Made by a program: the position numbers and the translations under genes. A DNA stretch of 64,000 bases from Malacoraja senta (taxonomy: Eukaryota): positions 930,001 to 994,000 of the forward strand of contig CM075989.1 of assembly GCA_038087875.1 (NCBI GenBank), read 5' to 3'. Of this stretch, positions 1 to 12,027 are shown piece after piece; the first letter of the stretch is position 1, and every line of letters starts with the position of its first letter. The notes under the pieces are model-generated. The model searched no databases. It was given only the letters and a program-made list of their open reading frames with translations, and was not told the origin of the DNA.

Positions 1-1395
1 TTCTAGTTTTTGTATCTACTGCCCGACGGAGGACAAAAATGCGTGTTTTTTTTTAAAAGATATTGAAGATGGTTGTGAAAGATTGCAGCAGGATCTGGAT
101 CGATTGGTCAGGGGGGCTGAGGAATGGTTGGTGGAATGTAATACAGAGAAGTGTGAGGTTTTGCATTTTGGGACGTCTAACAAGGGCAAGACCAAACAGC
201 TAATGGTAGGCATCTGCGGAGTGTTGTGGAGCAGATGGATCTGGGAGTGTGGATGCATGGTTCCTTGAAGGTCGAGTCGCACGGAGATCAAGTGGTCAAA
301 GAGGCATTTGGAACATTGGCCTTCATCAGTCAGAGTATTGAGTATAGAAGTTGGGAGGTCGTGTTGCAGTTGTATAAGACGTTGGTAAGACTGCATTTAG
401 AATGCAGACACAAATGCTGGAGAAACTCAGCGGGTGAGGCAGCATCTATGGAGCGAAGGAAATAGGCAACGTTTCGGGCCGAAACTCTTCTTCAGACTGA
501 TGTGAGGGTGGGGAGGGGGGGAGGGGGGGCTCCGCATTTAGGATATAGTGTTCAGTTCTGAGCACTGTGTATTAGGAAATAAATTGTCAAGCATGAAAAG
601 GTTCAGCGAAGATTTACGAGGATGTTGCCAGCAGTAGAGGGTGTGAGCTATAGGGAGAGGTTGAGTAGGCTGTGTCTCTATTCCTTGGAACGTAGGAGGA
701 TGAGAGGTGATCTTATTAGAGGTGTATAAAATCATGAGCGGAACAGATCGGAGATGCACAAAGACTCATGTCCAGAGTAGGGGAATCGAGGACCACAGGA
801 CATAGGTTCAAGGTGAAGGGGGAAAAAATAATAGGACACTTTTTCACACAAAGGGTGGTGGGTGTAAGGAACTGGCTGCCAGAAGAGATAGTTGAGGCTG
901 GGATTATCCCAACGTTTAAGATCCCAATCTCTGCATCAGAGGGCGGTGGAGGCAGGTTATCTGGATGCTTTCAAGAGGGAGCTAGATAGGGCTCTTAAAA
1001 ATAGCGGAGTCAGGGGATATGGGGAGAAGGCAGGAACGGGGTACTGATTGGGGATGATCGGTCATGATCACATTGAATGACGGTGCTGGCTCGAAGGGCC
1101 GAATGGCTTACTCCTACACCTATTGTCTATTGTCTATTTTTTAAGGAACAAGTAGACAGGTACATGGATAAACACAAAAGCTGGAGTAACTCAGCGGGAC
1201 AGGCAGCATGTCTGGAGAGAAGGAATGGGTGACGTTTCAGGTCGAGACCCTTCTTCAGACATGGATAGGACAGGTTTGGAGGAATATGGACCAAGCGCAG
1301 GCAGGTGATACTAATGTAGCTGGGACATGTTGGCTGGTGTGGGCATGTTGGGAGGAACAGCTTGTTTCCACACTGTATCACTCTATGACTCTATG
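1..1395 (+). mobile_element. Patchwork of decayed CR1 LINE 3' fragments, with a younger CR1 3' end (about 925-1138) and Penelope-type mini-units nested inside
   Basis: ORF pieces LQQDLDRL..KCEVLHFG, YKTLVRLHLEC and FFTQRVVGVRNWLP are CR1 RT/C-terminal motifs; tails are (ctattgt)n and (ctatga)n. Confidence 0.85.
1171..1258 (-). mobile_element. 88-bp Penelope pLTR-derived insertion containing a minimal hammerhead-like motif
   Basis: Minus strand reads CTGAAGAAGGGTCTCGACCTGAAACGTC; flanked by the direct repeat ACATGGATA (1162-1170 and 1259-1267). Confidence 0.75.
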
Positions 1396-3931
1396 ACTAA
1401 GAGGGTATTTCATCAGGGTGAAATTGGTCCGTGATTATGTTGGCTGCTTTCTGAGGCAGCATGTAGATGGAGTGGATGGATGGGTGTCTGGTCTGCGTGA
1501 TGGAATTGGCCACGTCCACAACTCGTTGCAATTTCTTGACTTCTTGAGCTGACCTGCTGGCCAACTAAGCTGTGATGCGGCCAGATAGGATACTTCCTGC
1601 AACCGTCTAAGTTGGTAAGAGTAATTGGAGAGGTGCCAATTGTCTTCTGACGAAGTAGAGGATTTAATGTGCTTGACCTTACTTGATGTAAGACTATCAA
1701 CAAAAGTCATTTTTTGGATGCAGAAAGTAGTTCGCCAGACAGACTCAGCAGACGATGCAAACATTCCAAATTGAAATTGTTAAATGAATTGAATGGAGCA
1801 GAGCATGAACATTCCAGAACTTGATCAACATTTTGTACCGATAGAACAACACTTCCCCATCCTGCAGAATCAGGCATCTCTCACACGGACTCAACAACCC
1901 GGTTATCTCCGTTGCACGGGAAACACTTTTGACATGGTGATTCAGACTTATGCAGATAAGTCTGAAACTGGGAAATGTGAAGCGAAGTCCGCATTTTACC
2001 ACAAATGCCACCAGATGAGACTAGAAATGGAACCTACTGAACGGTTCCTGCACATTAATTAAATCTTCCAAGTTCCAGATATCTTCAGCTCAATGAAGGT
2101 AAAACCAGTATCGATAATCATTGCTCGACAAAGTTGAGTCCAAAACCATTATTTGTTTGCATGTGGTTCTACCACAATCAGATCAGGCAAAAGAGGATGT
2201 CTTTATGGACCCACGCAAGAGTCTCTGCATAAACAGTTGAATCCTTTGTGGAACTCATAGATTCATTGAGTCATACAGTATTGAAACGTCCAATGGCCCA
2301 ACTTGCCCATGCCGACCAAGGTGTCCCATCTTAGTTAGTTTCAGTTGCCTGCTTGTAGCCCATATCCCTGTAAACCTTTCCTATCCTTATGCCAGTCGAA
2401 GTGTCTTTTAAATACGTTTACAGTGCCAGCCACTACTACCTCATTTGCAAGCTCGTTCCATAGAGCCACTACCCTTTGTGCAAAAAAGTTATCCCTCAGT
2501 TCCTATTAAATAATGCCCATCTCTGTGTCGTTTGGTTTTTGATTCCCTTACCCTGGGTAAAAAGACTTGGCATCTATTCACCTCATGATTTCAAACACAT
2601 CTACAAGATTGTCGCTCAACCTCTTGTGCTCCAAGGAATAACACGTTCGCTCGCCCAAATTCATCCTGTAGCTCAGGCCCTCAAGTCCTGACAACATTCT
2701 CACCAATCTTCTCTTCATTTTTTTTTTGCTTAATAACATCCTTCCTATAGAATGGTGACCAGAACTGAACACGTGCTCAAAATGTGGCCTCAACAATGCC
2801 ATGTACAACTATAACATAACGTCCTACTTCTACATTGAAAATCCTGACTGATGAAGGCTAATGTACTGAAAGTCTTATTTACTACCCGTGGAATTACCTT
2901 CCTCGAACTGTGTACCTTTATTCTTGGTTACTTCTGCTTAACAACACCACCCATGCCCCTACAACTCGCTGACAACGCCCTGTCATGGTGTAACTTCCCA
3001 AAATGCAGCACCTCAGAATTATCTGCATTAAACTCCATTGACCATACCGCAGGCGTCTTGCCCAGCTGATCAGGAGACGGCTCTAGTTTTCAAAACCACC
3101 TTCACTATGTATGATACCAACTACTTTAGTGTCATCTGCAAACTTACTAATCATGATGTGTACATTCTCATCCAAATCGCTGATATAAACCACAAACAGC
3201 AATGGGCCCAGCACTGATCGACGAGGCGCATCACTTGTCACAGGCCACCAGTCCAAAAACAACCACCTGCTTGCTTTCATGAAGCTAATTCTATATCTAT
3301 TTAGCGAGCTCTCCCTGGATCGCACGCAATCTAACTTTACTACCATGCCAAACCTTATCAAATACATTGCTGAGCTCCATAGTGACAACGTCTACAGCCC
3401 TGTCCTTCAGGTTACTTTCTCATAAAACGCAACCAATTACATAAAACGCGAAGTTCCACTTACAAAACGTTGCTGATTATCCCTAATCAGTCCTAGTCTA
3501 TCGCAACACATATATATCTCATCCCCCCACCCCCAATCCTCTCCAGTAGCTGACCGACCACATGTTTTCGGCTCATTGATCTATAGTTTCCCGGTTTCTT
3601 CTTGCAGCCCCTCTTAAACAGCGTCCATGAGCCAACCTTGAGACATTCGGCGCCTCACCGTGTCTAAGGATGATTCATATATCTGTGCCAGAACACTCGC
3701 AATTTCTTCTCTAGCTTCCCACAGCATCGTCGGACATATCCAATCCGGCCCGTGAGATTTATCTATCTTGAACTAACCATGTTGATTTCGTACAATATAA
3801 TCTGAAATGGCTATAATCTTCCATGAATGTTTTTATTCCTGGGCCATGCTGCAGCGTTTGAAAATCATATATTTGATAGTGTGTCATTTTGAGGGTATCT
3901 GTGAGTTTATTTCCTCGGCATGAACATATGT
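1262..3931. repeat. Duplicated block, copy 1 (GPCR upstream region, including an old minus-strand CR1 at about 2260-3770)
   Basis: Colinear and highly similar to 58535-61891, including shared junctions between different repeats and non-repeat sequence. Confidence 0.95.
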
Positions 3932-4243
3932 CCCACAATGGCTATCTACAACCATGCAGCCACGAGTGGTGGAAGGGCTGAGCATTTAGTATCATGTTGC
4001 TGAATGCAGCAGTGCGATTGCAAGGTGCATGCAAGGTGACGTGGAGAGATGGGTCTGATCGCGTTTGAAATGGTTACCCCATTACAGGAAGAATCTGGTG
4101 TGATTCGATTTGCAGTATTCGGGATTTAGCAATTAAATTCCCGAACTGAAACAATTTGTTCCAACTCGATTATCGTCATATGTTTTTCACATTTACTTTT
4201 AACAAAAACAAGGTCTTAATTTCCCCGTGGAGATCGGAAAGAA

Positions 4244-4250
4244 TATAAAA
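4244..4250 (+). promoter_or_regulatory. Candidate TATA box of the GPCR gene
   Basis: TATAAAA about 80 nt upstream of the exon 1 ATG (4332). Confidence 0.5.
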
Positions 4251-4331
4251 AGCTCTGGAGATACATGGCTTCAAGATTTCATTCGGTGAGATTACTCGCA
4301 GTCTAAAGGGACACGTTGCTTCACATACAGG

Positions 4332-4398
4332 ATGGTGTACAATTATTACAACGTCGACAAAGTACTGTACGTGATCATTGCTGTCATTGGAGTTCCCG
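4332..4398 (+). CDS. GPR139/GPR142-like class A GPCR, exon 1 (MVYNYYNVDKVLYVIIAVIGVP + 1 nt)
   Basis: ATG in good context (aggATGg); hydrophobic first half of TM1; donor CCCG|gtaagt. The phase-1 join to the acceptor at 10288/10289 restores IGVPVNIVAIVILSR. Confidence 0.85.
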
Positions 4399-4589
4399 GT
4401 AAGTCAGGACAACAATACGTGTGGAACTGTGCGAATTCATTGAGAGGGCATCGCGAGCACAGCTAAAGAAACAATTCGTTGCTGTCTTCAGATGTGAGAT
4501 ATAAATAATTTTCCCAGATACGTGAGGGAACTTCTTCTGAAAACGAGAATTGAAAGGAAATCACCATTCCCATTAAATGAGACAGTCGT

Positions 4590-4940
4590 AAATGAGATAT
4601 GAAATTCCTGAATTAGTCAGTTACGTTCGATGATGGAATGATTCCTGCAGATTAGGCAACCCGACAATTTAATGAAAGAGGGGGGGGGGTGGGGAGAATA
4701 GGGCTTACAGACTGTTAGCCTAACATTAGTTATGTGCAACATTGTACAGTTGTTTATATAGATGTGAAAATGAAACGAGTAATATACATCAAAGTAAACG
4801 AGGATGCAAGAAATGGAGATCGCTTTTGCGAAATCTACTGAAAGTCGGGCTGCCTAATCTGCTGGAATCATTCCATCATCCAACGTTCATAAGGAAGAAC
4901 TCGTGAAACTCACTAATTGGAATTTCAAAAAGTCTCATCC
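4590..4940. repeat. Old MITE-like inverted repeat in the GPCR intron
   Basis: acgttcgatgatggaatgattcctgcagattaggcaacccgac (about 4623-4665) pairs with gtcgggctgcctaatctgctggaatcattccatcatccaacgt (about 4844-4886), with weaker extension outward. Confidence 0.6.
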
Positions 4941-6318
4941 GAGGGATTTTGTGTGTAAATTAAAGCACCTCGGAGTTCGGGTAATATGTTAGCTTGAATT
5001 GGCAATTGGTAGCAGAGTGGAATCAGTGATTAGATTTAAGTTTACCATTGTTATGTGTACCGAGGCACAGTGAAAAATTTAGTTTTGCATGCTAACTAAA
5101 AATATCATGTAATACTGTACATAAATATAATCAAGTCAAAGTTAAGTGCAATAAATAGAGCAAGGGAAGACACAAATTTCAGAATATAGCTCAGAGCATT
5201 GTAACAGAGCATTCAGAGCACAGATTAAATTATATTTGGAATATTTTTGGAGGACCAAGAACCAAGAAACCAAGAAACATATCCGTTTCAAGGCATAGTT
5301 GGCAATGGGTAGAGGTGAATCGTATGCCTATGGAATCGTGGCTTATGGAAAGACAATTCAGAAGCCTGGTAACAGAGGTGAAGAACTGTTCCTGAATCTG
5401 CTGGTAGCGCTTTCAAGCTTCGTACCTTCTGTCCAACGAGAGCTGCCTCAATTGGGAGGTATTAACGGCAAGGATGGATTGGACAAACTTCGATTGTTTT
5501 CTCTGGAACGAACGAGGTTGATCTGATAGAAAAATATATAATTATGGGAGGCATAGATAGAGTAGAGAGTCAGAATCTTTTCCCAGCGTGGAATGTCGAA
5601 AACTGTAGGGCATAGGTTTAAGATAAGAGAAGTAAAGTTTACAGATGTGGAGGGCGTCTTTTTTTTAATTATACTGCACACTAGGGTGGTTGGTGCCTAG
5701 AATGCGCTACCAAGGGTGATGGTGGCGGCAGATACGATAGTGGACTTTAAGAAGCTTTTAGATAGCACATGCACATGGAGGGAATTGAGGATATTGATCA
5801 TGTGGAACCAGATGAGATGACTTTATCTTGACAGCATGTTGGCTGCAGACTTTATGTGCTATAGGGGCTATTTCTTTGTTGTTCCTTTATATGTTCCATG
5901 AAACTGGGCGGAAAGTGAATTCTGAGGTAGTTGAAGCAAGCTGGCAAGACTTTGGAGACAAACTGGTGATGCAATGTTTAGTTTATAGAAAAATGAATGG
6001 CATAGGATTTTCATTGCCACAATTTGTTGGGAAGCGTTGACACTTTAATTGGTTGAAGTGTCTTCCTATGCTAGTAAATAATGTTACAACTGCAAGTGCA
6101 TCAAAGCCGTTAGGGGGACAAGTAGCCCGTGGGACTTCAACACATTGAATTTGTATTGCTGTGATGAGGATTTCCTACTGCAATATTTTTAGGCTATGGT
6201 GAAAACTTACCTGGAGTCAAAGGGGAGATCAAGGTTCAAGATTCAGATGTACCGGAGAGGGAGAGCGATCTGAATACGGGGGGTTTGTCATACTTTATTC
6301 TTGTCATACTCGTCATAC

Positions 6319-6914
6319 TTCTGCAGTTGTACAGAGCCCTAGTGAGACCACACCTGGAGTATTGTGTGCAGTTTTGATCCCCTAATTTGAGGAAGGACAT
6401 TCTTGCTATTGAGGGAGTGCAGCGTAGGTTTACAAGGTTAATTCCAGGGATGGCGGGACTGTCATATGCTGAGAGAATGGAGCAGCTGGGCTTGTACACT
6501 CTAGAGTTTAGAAGGATGAGAGGGTTTCTCATTGAAACATATAAGAATGTTAAGGGCTTGGACACGCTAGAGGCAGGAAACATGTTCCTGATGTTGGGGG
6601 AGTCCAGAACCAGGGGCCACAGTTTAAGAATAAGGAATAAGCCATTTAGAACGGAGACGAGGAAACACTTTTTCTCACAGAGAGTAGTGAGTCTGTGGAA
6701 TTCTCTGCCTCAGAGGGCGGTGGAGGCAGGTTCTCCGGATGTTTTCAAGAGAGAGCTAGATAGGGCTCTTAATAATAGCGGAGTCAGGGTATATGCGGAG
6801 AAGGCAGGAATGGGGTACTGATTGGGGATGATCAGCCATGATCACATTGAATGGCGGTGCTCGCTCGAAGGGCCAAATGGCCTACTCCTGCACCTATAGT
6901 CTATTGTCTATTGT
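6319..6914 (+). mobile_element. 5'-truncated CR1 LINE 3' end
   Basis: LYRALVRPHLEYCVQF..RKDILAIEGVQRRFTRLIPGM; (ctattgt)n tail. Confidence 0.9.
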
Positions 6915-6944
6915 TTATGCGATTGGGTGGATAATGCCCGTATT

Positions 6945-8263
6945 CACCTACCAGAGTCTGCCTTATTGAAGGTACATAATGACCTACTCCTCACCGTTGA
7001 CTCCGGCGACTGTGCAATCCTGCTCCTTCTTGACCTCAGCACAGCATATGATACTGTTGACCACAGCAACCTAAGTGACCGTCTCCGGTACGGGGTTGGT
7101 ATTGATGTCACTGCCCTGAACTGGTTCATCTCCTACCTCAAAGGTAGGAGTTTCTCCTCCCCAGCTAATCTCTGCTGTGGGGTTCCACAAGGTTCCATCC
7201 TTGACCCCATTCTCTTCTCCCTGTATATGCTCCCCTTAGGTCAAGTCATTGAAAGGCACGGCATTTCCTTCCATTGCTACGCAGATGATACACAACTCTA
7301 TCTCCCGCTGAAGCCCCAAAACCAATCAAATGTGCTTAACCTTACCCACTCCCTCGAGGATATAAAGTGTTGGATGGCCCAGAACTTCCTCCAACTAAAT
7401 TAGAGTAAGTCTGAGGTCATCCTTCTCGGCCCCTCGGACTCAATCAAAATGATAGCAGGCAGCCTTGGAAGCCTTACCCCACTACTCCAACCTCTCGTCA
7501 GAAACCTTGGCGTGATATTTGACTCAGCACTGAAATTTGACAAACAAGTCAATGCCGTGGTAAAAGCTAGCTTCTTTCAGCATCGGACGATAGCTAAAAT
7601 AAAACAATTCCTCCAGTTTGATGAACTCGAAAAGATCATCCACACATTTATCTCCTCCCGCCTAGATTACTGCAACTCCCTTTACACTGGCATCAGCCAA
7701 TCTTCCCTGTCCCGCCTGCAACTGGTCCAAAACGCCGCAGCGAGACTCCTGACGGGCACCCGAAAAAGGGACCACATCACCCCGATCCTGGCCTCTCTCC
7801 CCTGGCTCCCTGTGCGGTTCCGTATACATTTCAAGATCCTCCTCTATGTCTACAATGCCCTCAATGGGCTTGCCCCCACCTACATCAAAAGTCTTCTCAC
7901 CCACCACTCCACCTCCAGGTCCCTCAGATCGGCCGACTTGGGGTTGCTGAATATCCCGCGGTCTAGGCATAAGCTCAGGGGCGACCGCGCCTTTGCGGTT
8001 GCAGCCCCTAGACTGTGGAACAGCATCCCCTTTCCCATCAGAACTGCCCCCTCCATCGACTCTTTTAAGTCAAGACTAAAAACGTATCTATACTCCCAAG
8101 CCTTTCTTGACGTCCTCTGAGTGAGGGCTACATGTATATATGTATGTAGTTTGTTTGTTTATACTATTCTTATAACAAATGTAAAGCACTTTGGCCAACG
8201 AGAGTTGTTTTTTAAATGTGCTATATAAATAAATGTGACTTGACTTGACTTGACTTGACTTGA
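6945..8263 (+). mobile_element. 5'-truncated L2 LINE (RT and C-terminal region)
   Basis: LLDLSTAYDTVDH, GVPQGSIL, HCYADDTQLY, SRLDYCNSLY, QNAAARLL; AATAAA followed by a (TTGAC)n tail; one stop at 7401. Confidence 0.92.
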
Positions 8264-8621
8264 GTGTAGAAGCACAGAGGATATCTCATTGGAATAGTGT
8301 ATGGAATAGCGGAGGCAGTGGCCATGCGGTTCTGGTTCTGTTCATTACTCCGAATAGTTCGGAAGTAGGGAATTAACTGGAGGACACCAAGAGAACCGGT
8401 GACGGTATGCCTCTTGTTGCCTAAATTAGCTCGCCGAGGTGGGTCATGAGCTGGAGAATGCCCAGTGAATCCGAAGCTGTTTATTGTTGCTGAGTGTTCA
8501 TGCAGGTGAGACTTGCCTTATAACTGCCCCCGTCTCCTGCTGAATACTGCAGATCAAGTGCAATCCACCTGAAGCTCTTCCCGTCTCCTTTCAGACACGG
8601 AGCTTCCAGGAGCACGTTATA

Positions 8622-9935
8622 CACAAAATGTAGGAGTAACTTAGCGGGTCAGACTTTTCTCCATAAGGAATAGGTGACGTTTCGGGTGTACCCTTCTTCA
8701 GAGTGAGAGTCAGGGGAAAGGGAAACGTAAGATATAGACGGTGATGTAGAGATATATAGACAAATGAACGAAAGATATGTAAAATGTAACGGTGATAAAG
8801 GAAACAGGCCATTGTTCGCTGTTTGTTAGGTGAGAACAAGTACAGGCAATGAGACTCAACAAGACGACATTGAAGCTGGTACAATGTGGGTAGGGGAGGG
8901 ATGGAGAGAGAGGGAATGCAGGGGTCACTTGTAGTTAGATAAATCAATATCATACCACTGGGATGTAAGCTAGCCAGGCGAAATATGAGTTGCTGTTCCT
9001 CCAATTTGCGTGTTGCCTCACTGACAATGGAGGAGGCCTAGGACAGAAAGGTCAGTGTGCGAATGGGAGGGGGAGTTAAAGTGCTGAGCAACAGGGAGAT
9101 CAGGTAGGTTAAGGCGGACTGAGCGGAGGTGTTCAGCGAATAGATCGCCCAGTCTACGTTTCGTCTCGCCAATGTATAATGATACACACATTGAACAACG
9201 GATACATTAGATGAGGTTGGAGGAGATGCAAGTGACCCTCTGTCTAACCTGAAGGAACTGTCGGGGTCCCTAGACAGAGTCGAGGGAGAAGGTTTAGGAC
9301 ATGTGTTGCAGCTCCTGGGGAAGGGGTGGTTTGGGTGGGAAGGGACGAGTTAACCAGGGATTTGTGGAGGAAACGGAAAGGGGTGGGGATGGGAAGATGT
9401 GACTGGTAGTGGGATCCCGTTGGACTTCGCGAAATGTCGGATGATCATGTGTTGTATGCGACGGCTGATGGGGAGACAGTGTCCCCCTAGTCCTTACTTT
9501 TGTCAGAGTGAAGCGAAACGCAAATTGGAGGAACAGCATCTCATAATTCGCGTGGGCAGCTTAAGGCCAAGTGATGTGAATATTGATCCCTCTAACTTCA
9601 AATAAACCCCGTATTCTTTCTCTCTCCTTCGCCCCCCCCCCACCCAAGTCGCACCAGCTTCTCGTGTTCCCCCTAAAAAACAGCGAACAATGGCCTGTTT
9701 ACTTTAGCATCGTTACTTTTTTGCATATCTTTCATGCATTTGTTCAATATCTCTCTACATCACCGTCTATATCTCTCGTTTCCCCTCTCCCCTAACTCTC
9801 AGTCTGAACAAGGGTCTCGACCCGAAACGTCACCTATTCCATTTCTCCAGTGATGCTGTCTGACCCGCTAAGTTACTCCAGCTTTTTGTTTCTAACTTCG
9901 ATTTAAACCAGCATCTGCAGTTTCCTCCGACACAT
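8622..9935. mobile_element. Penelope-like element: minus-strand GIY-YIG/3' part (about 8622-9470) and an inverted plus-strand 3' end/pLTR (about 9505-9935)
   Basis: C-terminal peptide KLEEQ(Q/H)LIFRL.SL.PS on both strands; hammerhead-like units at about 8674-8701 (-) and 9803-9831 (+). Confidence 0.85.
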
Positions 9936-10288
9936 CAATAACAGACCCGGGTTAAATGTGTAAATAGGTTGTCAGCATGGATAGAGATTTGAACGCGCCA
10001 TGTCTTGTCCATTAATTCATCCATTAATTAATTAATTAATTAATTAATTAATTCATTCATTCTCCTCCTAGGAACACAATATTACTCGGGGCCATTATCC
10101 TCGTCCTTCCAAATCTTTCTTTTCACACCAAAGGGCCAGACTCTTGGACAAGTGGGGCTGTGTTTGGGATAGTATTTAAATTGACTCGAATCTGACCTTA
10201 ACTATTTTGCCCGACAATATTGAGCCTGTGGTCAACTCATTGATTACGAGTTGAGCCATGTGCATTGTCCTCCCTTCTCTTTCCGCAG

Positions 10289-11196
10289 TGAATATCGTGG
10301 CGATTGTGATCCTGTCCCGGGGAAAGTGCGGCCTCTCCACCTGCACCACTCGCTACCTGGTGGCCATGGCAGCCGGCGATCTACTGGTCATCATCAACGA
10401 GGTCATTTTGTTTCGTATCAACATACATTATTTCCCGTGGTGTTTCCTGCATCTCACCCCCATTTGCAGCCTCACCCAGATACTGACCAACTCATCCACA
10501 AACCTTTCTGTCTGGTTTACCGTCGCTTTCACTTTCGATCGATTTGTTGCCATATGCTCCCAGAAACTGAAAACAAAATATTGCAATGGGAAAATATCGG
10601 CCGTGATTATATCCGTAATCAGCATTTTCATCTGTCTGAAAAATGTTCCCCATTACTTCACTCAGGAAGCTTGGATAATCATCGACAATGTACCGTGGGG
10701 CTGCCGTCTGAGGGCATATATTTCCCAACAAGTCGTGTGGTTGGCATGGGACTGGTTCGCCACTTTCTTATCTCCGTTGCTCCCTTTCGCTATAATCCTA
10801 CTGCTCAACGCTCTGACAGTCCGCCACATTTTGGTGGCCAACAGGGCCCGTAATCGTCTGATGGGTCAGAACAAGGGGGAGAGCCGCAGTGACCCGGAGA
10901 TGGAGAGCAGGAGGAGGTCTATCATTTTACTTTTCGCTCTCTCTGCTACCTTCATACTGCTCTGGCTAACGACCGTGATAAACTTCTTCTATTCTCAGGC
11001 CAAAGGACCAGGAAGAGAAGGGAACGATGCGGAATTTATCTTTAACAATGTCGGCCATTTGTTGAGAAATCTCAGCTGCTGCACGAACACGTTTATTTAC
11101 GCGGCGACCCAGACCAAATTCAGGGAGGAGGTGAAGAATGCGGTGACATATCCGGTCACCGCCGGGCTCCGCTTCTTTAGGAAGGTTAACCATTGA
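10289..11196 (+). CDS. GPR139/GPR142-like class A GPCR, exon 2 (rest of TM1 to C-terminus; spliced protein 324 aa)
   Basis: Polypyrimidine tract and ttccgcag acceptor. Uninterrupted ORF with the remaining TM helices: YLVAMAAGDLL (TM2), FTFDRFVAIC (TM3), LLPF..ILLLN (TM5), DPEMESRRRSIILL, SCCTNTFIY (TM7), TQTKFREE (helix 8). Confidence 0.93.
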
Positions 11197-11242
11197 TCGC
11201 GGTGCTGGGTAGCTGCGCTGGGTCCGGTCTTGCCCCCTGCCT

Positions 11243-11570
11243 CTGCCGTGTGGCCCATTGCTGGTCACTGCCCAGAGCTCCGTGCTGAGACCATTACAGC
11301 GCCCACTTCTGCCGTGTAGCCCATTGCTGGTCACTGCCCAGAGCTCCGTGCTGAGACCATTACAGTGCCCGCTTCTGCCGTGTAGCCCATTGATGGCACT
11401 GCCCAGAGCTCCGTGCTGAGACCATTACAGCGCCCACTCCCGCCGTGTGCCCATTGCTGGTCACTGCCCAGAGCTCCGTGCTGAGACCATTACAGTGCCC
11501 GCTTCTGCCGTGTAGCCCATTGCTGGTCGCTGCCCAGAGCTCAATGCTCAGACCATTACAGCGCCCGCTC
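11243..11570. repeat. Minisatellite, about 5 copies of a 65-66 bp unit just after the GPCR stop codon
   Basis: cccattgctggtcactgcccagagctccgtgctgagaccattacag recurs at about 11254, 11320, 11386, 11450 and 11516. Confidence 0.95.
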
Positions 11571-11584
11571 CCACACGCACACAA

Positions 11585-12027
11585 AACAAGTTAGGTCTTT
11601 ATTCTTTGGAGCGCAGAAGGTTAAGAGGGGACTTGATAGAGGTCTTTAAAATTATGAGCGGGTTAGACAGAGTTGACGTGGATAAGCTTTTTCCATTGAG
11701 AGTAGGGAACAAGGGGACATGACTTGAGAATTAAGGGACAGAAGTTTAGGGGTAACATTAGGGGGAACTTCTTTACTCAGAGAGTGGTAGCTGTGTGGAA
11801 TGAGCTTCCAGTGGAAGTGGTGGAGGCTGGTTCGATTTTATCCTTTAAAAATAGATTGGATGTGTATATGGACGGGAAAGGAATGGAGGGTTATGGTCTG
11901 AGTGCAGGTAGATGGGACTAGGGGGAAGTCTTTAAAAAAAAAAAAACATTAAAAAAATGCTCGGCACGGAGTTGAAGGGCCGAGATGGCCTGTTTCCGTG
12001 CTGTAATGGTTATATGGTTATATGGTT
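11585..12027 (+). mobile_element. CR1 3' end, same subfamily as 35730-37310
   Basis: RGNFFTQRVVAVWNELPVEVVEAGSILSFKN; (tatatggt)n tail. Confidence 0.9.

Noticed and set aside
1745..2062. Short ORFs conserved between the two duplicated blocks
   Set aside because: Conservation reflects recent duplication; copy 2 is interrupted by an insertion and no domain is recognisable.
10010..10062. (TTAA)n/(ATTC)n tract
   Set aside because: Simple microsatellite with no further structure.
10258..10288. Single-exon GPCR starting at ATG 10258 as in the ORF track
   Set aside because: These codons are the polypyrimidine tract and acceptor; TM1 is complete only with exon 1 at 4332-4398.
11243..11570. Regularly spaced repeats resembling a CRISPR array
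   Set aside because: Whole units repeat with no unique spacers, there are no cas genes, and the context is eukaryotic.
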